Of a DNA stretch of 64,000 nucleotides, positions 31,340-40,905 are shown in pieces. Position 1 is the stretch's first letter, and each line of letters opens with the position of its first letter. The translations under genes and the position numbers were made by a program. The DNA lies in assembly GCA_963796275.1 (NCBI GenBank), contig CAWCKY010000001.1, positions 1,248,001 through 1,312,000 of the forward strand, given 5' to 3'. The notes beneath the pieces are model-generated. The model saw nothing but the letters and a program-made list of their open reading frames with translations. It was not told the DNA's origin and ran no database searches. This DNA comes from an uncultured Acidobacteriota bacterium (GTDB lineage: Bacteria > Acidobacteriota > Blastocatellia > RBC074).

Positions 31340-31654
31340 GAATCGCTGATCATCCACTTTATTTTGAATTGGCTACCCGAGCGTGCCATCACCATCCTGA
31401 GGAATTGCCGCAAAGCCATGAAGAAGACAAGCAGGCTGCTGCTTGTCGAGACGATCATAACTGTCGGGAATGACCTATATGTCGGAAAGTTTGTGGACTT
31501 CATCATGTTAACGATCAGGCGGTCAGAAAGAACAGAGGAGGAATCTGAGAATCTCCTTCAGGAGGCCGGTTTCCATCTCAACCAAGTCGTGCCAACAGTT
31601 TCACCCTTCGGCATGAGCATCATCGAAGGAGTATTGGATGATGGGAAGCACTGA
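31340..31654 (+). pseudogene. O-methyltransferase (Methyltransf_2) C-terminal fragment
   Basis: ILNW..ERAITILRNCRKAM..RLLLVE..DFIML..ERTEEE..LLQEAGF; N-terminal part missing. Confidence 0.65.
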
Positions 31655-31774
31655 AGGTATTAATCAGTTGGCGGAGGAGCGGTAGGCTGGTTGGTTGAGT
31701 GATGAGCTAGACCGCAAAAATCAAGGAAGTAGGATAGAAGGCCAGCTTTACAGAATCTTCCGACGTCAAGCGCC

Positions 31775-31865
31775 TTTGGTGAGCGCTTCAATCCTTTCCA
31801 TGATCCCTACCTGGCCGATCCGTACCTATTCTTCGCGGAGGCCCAGAACCGCGACTCCCGTCTCC
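31775..31865 (+). pseudogene. Possible cytochrome P450 N-terminal fragment
   Basis: FNPFHDPYLADPYLFFAEA..TPV resembles bacterial P450 N-termini; very short. Confidence 0.35.
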
Positions 31866-32011
31866 TCAGCGCCAGCGAGGCAGCATATACACGCTCAGAT
31901 GTCGCGGAGCTTGCGAGCTTTCTCTAACCAGAGCTATATACATTCCGCGCCGCTGGCACTGCCCAGATGCTTTACCACAAAATCGGATGGGATCAGCCGT
32001 TTTTACAGTCT

Positions 32012-33690
32012 TTAACGCCGACGAACGAAGTCGGTGGGTAACGGAGGTGCGCTCGCCGGTGCCTGCCGATGCTTAGTCGCCTGTTCGAACGCATACGCTA
32101 AGGCGATCAAGGTAGGCTCACTGAATGCGCGGCCCGTAAACGTTACTCCAAATGGCGCAGGGTTCATAACATTCCCTGCTGGCGGAACGAAGCCCCCAGG
32201 TACTACGATGCTCGGATAACCTGCCTTAGCGGGCGCGGCTGCGCCAAGGTTCTGCGGAAAGAGAATGGCGTCAAAGTCGTCATCCGTGCCATTGCAGCCA
32301 TCAGGCCCGTTGAACACCGCGTCCAGACCGGTTCGGGTGAGAGCCAAGTCCTGGGCACGGTCGGCCAGGTAGCGCAGCGTATCCGCGCTTTCGGGGCTCG
32401 TGTCGAGTTGGTTGGCAGCGAGGAAAATAGCCTGGCCGTATTTCAGCGCGACCTCCGGATGAGTGTTGTTGAAGGCGATGATGTCAGCCAGCGTCCGAAC
32501 TGGAGCGGTTGAGCGGATCGCCAGATAATTGTTCAGATCCGCTTCTGCCCATACATGAGCACCGTTGAACAGTTGCTGGGAGCGGGGTAAGAGGTGCAGA
32601 TGCCGAAGGCTGAAATAGCATCTTGGTTGGGGATCTGGTATGGATCTGCAACAAACGCGCCCTCACGCCGGAGTACCTCGATCGCGTTGAGCATTATTTG
32701 TCGCTGCGCATCGGAGAAACCGTTCCAATAGGGTACGCGCGGGACGGCGATCCGGGCGCCGCGGAGGGCATGCTTTTTGAGAAACTTCGTGTAGTCGCTC
32801 CGGCAGTTGCCGGCAACAAGGCAGGGTGCTGTCGCCGCATCGTTCGGATCATAGCCCGAGATTACGCTCAGCAGGACGGCTGCGTCCGCCACCGTGCGTG
32901 CAAGCGGCCCGGCGGTATCTTGATCAGCGGTGATCGGAAGAATCCCATTTCGACTCACCAATCCAAGAGTCGGTTTAATGCCAACCAGCCCATTGGACGT
33001 GCCTGGACTGAGGATAGAGCCCGACGTTTCTGTGCCAACAGCGACCGCCACCAGGTTAGCAGATACAGCGATGCCCGAACCTGAGCTTGAACCACCGGTC
33101 ATTAAGACTGGACGCCCGTCACCGCCGGGCAGCGGTCGTGGATCGTAAGGATTGAAGCCGTAGCCGCCGAGCGAGCTGTATCCTGCCGGCATTCCGATAG
33201 CTATGAAGTTCGCGAACTCAGTCAATGTCGCTTTGCCAAGGATGATTGCCCCGGCATCTTCCAGCTGCTGTGTGATGAACGCGTCGTTGTGTGGCGCGGA
33301 GCCCGCGAGCGCGACCGAACCTGCCGTCGTCGGCATCCCCGCCGTGTCGATGTTGTCTTTCAGCAGTACCGGAATCCCGAATAGCGGTCCGTGCGCGCGA
33401 CCGCACGCACGGTCGCGGTCGCGATCGCGCGCTTCGTCGAGAGCATTCTCATTGATGTGAATGAACGAGTTCAGCATCGGTCCCGCCTGGTCGTATGCGG
33501 CGATGCGATTAAGGTACATCTGCACCAGCTGTTCTGAGGTGATAAGACGAGTACGCAACGCCAATTGGAGTTCCTGGACTGTGGCTTCAACGAGCTGTAG
33601 TTGCCGCCACCTTCCAAATGACGGCTGGGAGGAGACAGGGGGCGGGGTAATGGCTATAAGGACCACGAGAATAAGCGCAAAACGTTTCAT
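32012..33690 (-). CDS. Amidase signature family protein, exported, frameshift near 32535
   Basis: PVLLKDNID, GGSSSGSG, GTETSGSI; C-terminal AGYPSIVVP..EPTLIALAYAFEQAT lies in a second frame. Confidence 0.88.
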
Positions 33691-34005
33691 GGGAGCCTCC
33701 TTTGAAAAGCGAAAATGCCTTGACTTTCGATCAGACTCCAGACTAATTGCTCCTTTAGGGCGACCATCATAGCCAACGGCGACTTCGCTTCATTGCAAGA
33801 TTTTGGTGGATGCTGTTTGGGCGAGAGGAAAGTTATAGCTGATTTGTTTCAACTGTCAATAAGACACTGTGAATTCATTGCACATCAGCTAGGTAATAAT
33901 GATATGTTCCATATATGTCCCAATTGAAGAAGAGCAGATTGTGCGCAAGACTACACCAGGGCGGAAGAAATCCGCGAAGACGTTTTCTAAGAAAGGGGTG
34001 AAGTG

Positions 34006-34149
34006 ATGGGTATAGGTATAATTGAGCTACTCTATATTGTTCTCGCGGGGATAATCGGATGGGTGCTGTGGAAAAGTCTGAGCACCGCAACCGCAACCAC
34101 AAGGCTGGAAGGTAAGACCAAGTCTGCGAAGAACGGCGGTGCTAAATGA
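34006..34149 (+). CDS. Small membrane protein, 47 aa (MGIGIIELLYIVLAGIIGWVLWKS...)
   Basis: Hand-translated. GAAAGGGG RBS. Stop overlaps the next ATG (ATGA). Confidence 0.55.
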   Translation: MGIGIIELLYIVLAGIIGWVLWKSLSTATATTRLEGKTKSAKNGGAK

Positions 34150-34727
34150 CTGAAGAGCAGATAAAACAACGGAAAAAAACTTTCGGCTTGGTATTATTCG
34201 GGTTCTTAGTCGGGGCCATGTTCGTGTTGGTTCTATATTTCTTGTTCATCATGCCGACGTTTAAGATGCACGAGCAGATTGTGACGGAGATGAAGGCCAG
34301 CCATCAACAGGCAAAGGAGCACCGGGAGAATATCAGCTTGCAGGGCGCAACATGGCTAAAGCGAGTGATGCAAGAGCAAGGCTATGCCAATGTGAATGCG
34401 ACTCCGGATGGTGATGTGCTGGTGCTGGTCGATCCGCACCACGCGCCGCCTGAAGCGGCCCGGCAGATACTATCAAGCGATGAGATGCGAAAGATACTGA
34501 GGGGATACGGATTCACGACTCTGCGCGTCAAACAATCGGATGCGAACTCTTATGGGCCGGGCTTCGATTATGCGATAGAGCCGGTCAAGTCTTCGATGAA
34601 AGGCGGGCGTCGAAATGATTGCAGTCTATGGTATAGGTGCTACGGAGATATTTATTCTCCTCATAATTTTACTGCTTTTTTTGCCTGCGGTGGCGGCAAT
34701 TGGATTGGTATTGTGGGTGGTGTTTAA
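34146..34727 (+). CDS. Hypothetical membrane-anchored protein
   Basis: N-terminal TM; the 3' end overlaps the next ORF, so the true stop is uncertain. Confidence 0.6.
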   Translation: MTEEQIKQRKKTFGLVLFGFLVGAMFVLVLYFLFIMPTFKMHEQIVTEMKASHQQAKEHRENISLQGATWLKRVMQEQGYANVNATPDGDVLVLVDPHHAPPEAARQILSSDEMRKILRGYGFTTLRVKQSDANSYGPGFDYAIEPVKSSMKGGRRNDCSLWYRCYGDIYSPHNFTAFFACGGGNWIGIVGGV

Positions 34728-34833
34728 CCGCCGCAACCCCAACCGCATCGACGTAGTCGAAAGTCGGCTTGACCGGATTGAGCGGCAACTTGCCCGGCAA
34801 TCCGAGCCAAGCTCACCGAACACGAGGGATTAG
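34615..34833 (+). CDS. Small membrane protein (YGIGATEIFILL...)
   Basis: Long hydrophobic segment followed by coiled-coil-like VESRLDRIERQL. Confidence 0.6.
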   Translation: MIAVYGIGATEIFILLIILLLFLPAVAAIGLVLWVVFNRRNPNRIDVVESRLDRIERQLARQSEPSSPNTRD

Positions 34834-35565
34834 TTCAGCGAGGCATTGTTATGCTAATAGACCTTTTAATACTCCTCGGCGATTTTGCATGTGATGTTTT
34901 ATGTGGTCTCTTTTCTGGCGGCGGGGCCAAGCCTCGCATTGATGAGATGATTAAACAAGGTTCGAAGAAAGGGGCGGAATGACCCTCAACGCATACAATG
35001 AAGAATGCGAGGTAAAGCTCAATGGCCATGCGCCTGGTTCCGGAGCAATGCCAGGTTTCTTTATGGCCATTCGATTGAACAGGCTTTATGAACTGGCGAC
35101 GCGACGGCGGGAAGCGAGGAAGAGATCAAGCCGTAATTGGATACAGTCGTCGCTGCCGATTAAATCTAGCCCAAGCTATTTTATGGAAAATGGCATCACA
35201 TATTCTCACTGCTCAAATCTTCTAGAGTAAGACCCAGGCGAGTTTGGGCCGTGGATCTTTGCCCATTTGGCAAATTCTCTTACCCACTCATCAGGCGTCG
35301 CAGTCTTATAGAATGGCCGCTTCTCTGTCGCTTCGATTGGCGCTTCAAATGCAGAGCGTAATAGTTCGTCGATGTCATTTCTCGCTCTTCGCTTTTGCTT
35401 GTAGCAATGCCGCTGTATAAGTGACTCTATCCACTTTAGATAATTATTCCTTCTTGGTGCTCATTATCTACCAGCCAACTGCTTCTCAATAAAAAAGAAT
35501 TTGTCTGCGCTTGAGAGAATCCCCGGGCGCCCTTGTTCAAATAATCCTTCCCATGCAAATTTCAT

Positions 35566-35594
35566 TTGACGTGACCAAATAGTCACGTTACTAT
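35566..35594 (+). promoter_or_regulatory. sigma70 promoter overlapped by a palindromic operator
   Basis: TTGACG-17bp-TACTAT. The palindrome ACGTGAC-N6-GTCACGT (35569-35588) fills the spacer. It lies upstream of an ArsR-family remnant. Confidence 0.7.
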
Positions 35595-35618
35595 AATCCC
35601 ACATATAGGGAGGTAACG

Positions 35619-35795
35619 ATGACAGTTGACGATTTAACTCTAGATATAACACAGAGCATCGACATAAAGAGGGAGCTAAAGTGCCCGACGACAAACTTGA
35701 CAACGTTTGGAAAGCTCTGTCCGACAGCACGAGGCGGTCGATTCTCGACCTCTTGCGGCAGGGCCCCAGAACGACGACCCAGATCGTCGAGGCTT
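35619..35795 (+). pseudogene. Fused remnants: SRPBCC N-terminus + ArsR-family N-terminus
   Basis: MTVDDLTLDITQSIDIK, then from GTG 35681 MPDDKLDNVWKALSDSTRRSILDLLRQGPRTTTQIVEA; both truncated. Confidence 0.65.
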
Positions 35796-35823
35796 CTCGC
35801 ACTACAACAAAATGGAGAACATT

Positions 35824-36582
35824 ATGCCGAAAACCAAAACGATGGAAACACCGAAAATAGTGTCGCGGCAGGAGTGGGAGGCTGCGCACCAGCAACTGCA
35901 CGTGAAAGAGAAGGAGTTGAGCCGTGCCCGTGACGCGTTAGCCGCCGAGCGTCGGCGGATGCCGTGGCTGGCCGTGGAAAAGAACTACGAGTTCGACGGG
36001 CCTGACGGCAGAGCAAGCCTGATCGAACTGTTCGAGGGCCGACGGCAGTTGATCGTCTACCGCGCCTTTTTCGAGCCAGGCGTGTCCGGTTGGCCAGAGC
36101 ATGCCTGCATCGGCTGTTCCATGGTGGCCGACCAGGTTGCGCACCCCGCCCATCTGAACGCCCGCGATACAGCTCTCGCGTTCGTCTCGCGCGCACCGCA
36201 ACCTGACATCGAGCGCGTGAAGGCGCGGATGGGCTGGGAGTTAATCCCGTGGTACACACTGACGGACGACTTCGACGCTGACTTCGGCGTTAATGAGTGG
36301 CACGGCACGAACGCGTTCATCCGAGACGGCGATGGCCTGTTCCGCACCTACTTCATCAACGGCCGCGGCGACGAGCAGATGGGGAACACCTGGAACTACC
36401 TCGACATCACTGCGCTCGGACGTCAAGAAGCGTGGGAGGACTCACCCAAGGGATACCCACAGACTCCGCCGTACGATTGGTGGATATGGCACGACGACCC
36501 CAGCGTGACGGATCCTGATCGACTTGGCCTGGTGCAGCTCCGTGCCGCCCGGGCCGCCGCGAAGGACGACGAGACTAATTGA
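35824..36582 (+). CDS. DUF899 (thioredoxin-like) protein
   Basis: PKIVSRQEW, RDALAAERRRMPW, LFEGRRQLIVY, CIGCS, LDITALGRQE. Confidence 0.9.
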   Translation: MPKTKTMETPKIVSRQEWEAAHQQLHVKEKELSRARDALAAERRRMPWLAVEKNYEFDGPDGRASLIELFEGRRQLIVYRAFFEPGVSGWPEHACIGCSMVADQVAHPAHLNARDTALAFVSRAPQPDIERVKARMGWELIPWYTLTDDFDADFGVNEWHGTNAFIRDGDGLFRTYFINGRGDEQMGNTWNYLDITALGRQEAWEDSPKGYPQTPPYDWWIWHDDPSVTDPDRLGLVQLRAARAAAKDDETN

Positions 36583-36599
36583 TCGCTCACGACGCATTG

Positions 36600-36840
36600 C
36601 TTCGGAACGAGCTTCCAGCGATCCTTCTTCGGCGTTGCGGTGCTGCCTTTTGCCGCCAACGCACCTGTGACGATTGGGTGGTGTATATCCATGTCGGCGA
36701 TGGGCGAGATGCCAATGCCCATGCCTAGCGGCTGGACGATGTGGATGGCGTGGAAGCGGATGCCCGGACAGACGTGGCCCGGCGCCGCAGCGTCGTTCCT
36801 CGGCAGTTGGGGCGTGATGATGGCTCAGGGGGCGGCATAA
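36600..36840 (+). pseudogene. DUF2182 membrane protein N-terminal fragment
   Basis: MSAMGEMPMP.GWTM.MAW.RMPGQTWPGAAASFLG.W.VMM; the usual partner of DUF899; truncated. Confidence 0.6.
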
Positions 36841-36899
36841 GGCTCGGCCTATGTCTTTGTGCATAGCGGTGGAGTCTGGACCCAGCAGCAGAACCTGGA

Positions 36900-38135
36900 G
36901 GGCTACCCACTGTCCGTTGCGAGAGATGATCACTTCTTGTGCCGCCAGATAATCTACCAGGTTGACTATAAACAGCGGATTGCCGTCAGTTCGTTGATAG
37001 AGCTGAGGCGTCAAACCCTCCGGGAGGCGATGTTGTGGGAACCGCACCTCTAGGTATTCGCTCACTGCTGCCTCAGTCAGAAATCCGAGCTGCAATTCTG
37101 TACATGGCGATGGATCAGCAGTTCCTGCTTGGTAGCTTTGAGCGGATGTCCACTTAGATTCACTTCGACTGGACGCCAGGTTCCAATCAGCAGGAAACGT
37201 GCCCGGTCGCTTCGCTGTGCCAGCGCGGTGATGAGACTCAATGTCGAGTCTCGCTCCAATGTAAGTCTTCCAGGACGAGCACGAGCGGAGTTTCAGCAGT
37301 CAGGACTGCAGTCGTTTCGGTCATCTCGCGAAGCATGCGTTCACGCGTCGCGCCGAATATCTCCTGGTGTAGAGCTGCTCGTTCGACAGCTCATGACGAG
37401 CGTTGGCATCTGCGCGAGGCAGGTCGGCGCCAGTTTGGCGAGCAACTCAATCAATTTTTCGCGCCCGGTTCACAGCACAGCCGGTTGAGCGCTTCAAACA
37501 CCGGCAAATAAGCCTCACCTGTACCATACTGTTCCAGGCATTGTCCGTACGCGATCGCAATGCGCCGCTTGTCAGTAACGCGCTGGAGAAAAACTTTAAC
37601 CAGGGTCGTCTTACCGATGCCCGGCTCTCCCGTCACAAAGACCACCTGCCGCTTGCCACGCAGTGCCGTCTCCAACCAGTTTTGCAGCCGAGTCAACTCG
37701 GTTTCACGCCCGATCAACTCGCTGCATCTCACTGCACCATCGGCAAGCTCCATCTCATGGTCCATAAAAGCGTCGCCGGAGCTTTCTATTACGCCAACTT
37801 CTTCCCACGACGGACTGACATGAACGATGAAGCGGTAGCCGCGTTTTGGGATCGTCTGAATATATTCCTGTCCTCCATCCATACCGCCCAATGTCTTGCG
37901 CAAATCAGAGATGTTCTTGACCAGATTGATCTCCTCGATAAAAACGTCGGGCCAAACCCTCTGCATCAAATCTTCTTTTTTGAGGGATCTGCCCGCCGCC
38001 TTCGACCAGGGCCAGCAAAATCTCGAAAGCCTTAGGCGTGATCGGTAGGTGTTGCTGGTTATAGAGCAAGATGCGCTCGCTCGTATCCAGCCGGAAAAGG
38101 CCAAAATGGTAGACGAGTTTGGCCGAAGGCTGCAT
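36900..38135 (-). pseudogene. Winged-helix + AAA ATPase regulator, frameshifted and truncated
   Basis: YHFGLFRLD, IQTIPKRGYRF, LIGRETEL, GEPGIGKT, RTDGNPLF are spread over several frames; no C-terminus. Confidence 0.75.
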
Positions 38136-38439
38136 GAGAATTGGGACCTCCCAGTGTTTTCCCAGGATTTCCCAAGACTTGCAAGATACGCTCGCAATAT
38201 TCTTCATCCTGCCTTAGGCCACCTGCCGGAGTATCCGGATCAGATGTCATAGCGCCTCATAAAGGCCGAATGTGGCAAATAGAGAAGGAAAAATCATTCT
38301 AAGGCAAAGAGGTTGCAAGGGGCGATCTATGAACACTCGGCCGCAGTATGAGAATGACAAAAAGCGGGGGAGGCAGTTGTTGCCAATCCCCCGGCTTTTC
38401 GTCGCTCTCTATGATCAATGGATAAAGTCCAGTCAAACA

Positions 38440-38610
38440 GGTTTTCAGAGAAAGGATTGGTCGGTTATGCAGAAATTGCACCAACAGCAGCCGGACGCGG
38501 GACACGCCGCTGCCCCGTTGCATATCAGCGAACGTGGGCGCGCCCGCAGCCTACTCGAGACGCTCACGAAGCGCGCGCCGACATCCGCCAGGGTGTTGAC
38601 GCCGGCACAC
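38440..38610 (+). pseudogene. Internal fragment of a TPR-CHAT protein
   Basis: MQKLHQQQPDAGH..ISERGRARSLLETL..ARADIRQGVD. Confidence 0.55.
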
Positions 38611-38624
38611 AAGCCGGAACATTG

Positions 38625-39190
38625 AAGGCCACGGTAGGAGGCGTCACGTCGCCCGCATTCGGGTGATTCAGCCGATGCCGTTCGTGGAAGACTTCACCAA
38701 TGTTCCTCTAGACGCCGCGCCATGCTATTGGCTCAACACGACTGGCAAATATGTGGTGCGGGAGGTCGATGGCAACAAGGTGCTGGTTAAGAAGGCTGAC
38801 AACCCGTCTTTAAAACGCACACGCTCGCACTTCGGGCCGGTCGATTGGGCGAATTACACGATCGAAGCCGAGATCCGCGCCATTGAGAAGCGCCGCTAAA
38901 TGGGAGACGCCGGGATCGTCGCCCAGCGATACGAACTGGTGCTCGTCGGCAATAGTCAGAAGATCGAACTGCGTTCCTGGCAGATCGAGCCGCAACGGAG
39001 GCTCGTAAGGAAATTCGCTTGGAAGCCGGATGCCTGGTATCGGCTGAAGCTTGAGGTCGAGAACTTGTCGGACGGCAAAACGCGTGCCCGGGGCAAAGCC
39101 TGGCCGGCGCCAGAGGCAGAACCCGCGGAATGGTTGATCGAATGGACTGACCCAATCGGGAATCGAAAAGGGAAGTGCCGGCGTTTTCGC
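38625..39190 (+). pseudogene. C-terminal fragment of a secreted protein (probably PQQ-like propeller family), with internal stop
   Basis: Continuous protein-like frame broken by TAA at 38897; no start. Confidence 0.4.
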
Positions 39191-39279
39191 CGATAGTACG
39201 AATGATATCTATTTCGAAAATATCAGGATCAGGCAGATCAGGTAAGGGTATTGATCCTGATCTTAGAAACCGAATAGCA

Positions 39280-39357
39280 TTCACGTCGAACTTCGGACGC
39301 ATCTTCAGCGCGGATGCTCCCCGGCAGCTCCAGTTTGGTTTAAAGATAGAATTCTGA
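39280..39357 (+). pseudogene. TonB-dependent receptor C-terminal tail
   Basis: NFGRI..APRQLQFGLKIEF* is a typical acidobacterial TBDR end. Confidence 0.6.
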
Positions 39358-39758
39358 GTCCGAGCTAGGAGAGATTTCTCGCCGTGACGGTCGCAGAAGC
39401 CGAGAGAAACTCTTCAGGGGGCGAGTTTCGCTTACGTGCCTTTGGTATCTAACTTTCTACCTCATAGTTCACTTGTTAGAAATAATAGGTTTCATCGATT
39501 ACCCATGGGCTACCTTCCTGTCAGTTCTAAAGAACTGCTTTGCGACCGCAAAAATAATTTTCGAGCGAATGGCAATATAGCGGAGATTTCAAGAACTCCC
39601 ACTTGCGAGACGAAAACGCTGATAGTTTTGCTCGGACTATTTCTGCATGGTCGCTGTCATCCGGTTGAGCCGAACGATATCGCGACCGGTTTTTGATTAC
39701 TCTCAGCGGCAGATGTAGATGCATCTGGACGTGTAGACTTCGATCCAGGGAGGCAAAG

Positions 39759-40274
39759 ATGAGTGCGGATCAGGCAATGGAAGTTTTTGATCAAAAGCGC
39801 CAGACGGAGACTACAGTTCGCCCTGATGATGACGATAAAGTCGATATCAGGGGAAGCCTCGGCGACTGGAGACGCATCGCGAGCCCTGATTTCATGACAC
39901 AACTCCCTCCCGGGCAAGTGCAAGAGGTCGAGACCGGCGATGACGTGATCCGCGCAATCGAAAAGGATCAGCAGGTCGTCGTCCTGGGGAAGCAGGATAC
40001 TGCGGTTCAGGGACAGATAACGATCAGCTCCCGGGAAGACGCGATTATTGTGTCGGCTGCAACACAGATTGTTCTGGTCGTCGGAGATAGCCAAATCGTG
40101 ATGAAAAATGACGGAACGATCGAAATCGACTGTAAGGATTTTACAGCTAAGGCGACAAATAGAAATAGGATCATTGGGATCGAACGGGTGGACATCAATC
40201 CTCCAGATACAGAGTCGGCTCCGCCCACTCGGCTGCCCACCCGGATGCAGACATCCCGAGCCTCGGTTCACTAG
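39759..40274 (+). CDS. Short protein resembling only the VgrG C-terminal spike region
   Basis: GGGAGG RBS. IIVSAATQIVLVVGDSQIVMKNDGTIEI..VDINPP. Directly upstream of the Eag/PAAR-Rhs genes. Confidence 0.6.
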   Translation: MSADQAMEVFDQKRQTETTVRPDDDDKVDIRGSLGDWRRIASPDFMTQLPPGQVQEVETGDDVIRAIEKDQQVVVLGKQDTAVQGQITISSREDAIIVSAATQIVLVVGDSQIVMKNDGTIEIDCKDFTAKATNRNRIIGIERVDINPPDTESAPPTRLPTRMQTSRASVH

Positions 40275-40415
40275 GTGTTCCCTGACAAAATCGCGAAATC
40301 GAGATGAGGCAGACGATCGGTCTTTGTTTGAGTAAGTACTTCCTCGTCCGAAGAATGAAACGCATCAACTTCACCAGCTAATTGCGCGGAGCGTCGTCAA
40401 TCGGGGGAAATTAAC

Positions 40416-40838
40416 ATGAAGACATACACAATCGATGAGGCCTGTTTTCAAATACCCGACGGATGGGGTGACAACTCAGTCAACGTCTTTTCCCCGTCGG
40501 GTAAGCTGCCTGGGGATTTCTCTTTCGTTATCTCAAGGGATAGTCTCAAAGACAGCCAGGGGCTCGACTCCTACGTCGACGGGCAGTTGGGAGAGCTTTC
40601 GGCAGTCCTGTCACAGTACCGCTTGATCAGGAAATCCGAGACGACAGTCGATGGACTTCCCGCCTTCAGCGCCGAATTCACCTGGAATGTTCAAGAGAAG
40701 ACTATGGCGCAACGCCAGACGTACGTAGCCACGGGACGGCAAGTGCTCGTCATTACTGCGACGACGATCGATAAGTTTTCACGAGATTATAACCTGGTCG
40801 TAGATCGTATCCTCTCGTCCTTCAGAATGTCGGTTTGA
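40416..40838 (+). CDS. DUF1795/DcrB (Eag-type) effector chaperone
   Basis: YTIDEACFQIPDGWGDNSVNVF, SFVISRD, QRQ, VLVITAT; position before a PAAR-Rhs gene. Confidence 0.85.
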   Translation: MKTYTIDEACFQIPDGWGDNSVNVFSPSGKLPGDFSFVISRDSLKDSQGLDSYVDGQLGELSAVLSQYRLIRKSETTVDGLPAFSAEFTWNVQEKTMAQRQTYVATGRQVLVITATTIDKFSRDYNLVVDRILSSFRMSV

Positions 40839-40905
40839 GATGGAGAATTGACCGGTTTCGGAGAAGCAGTTTTGATCGTCAATTTCTGTTTCGAGTGAGA
40901 GGTAC

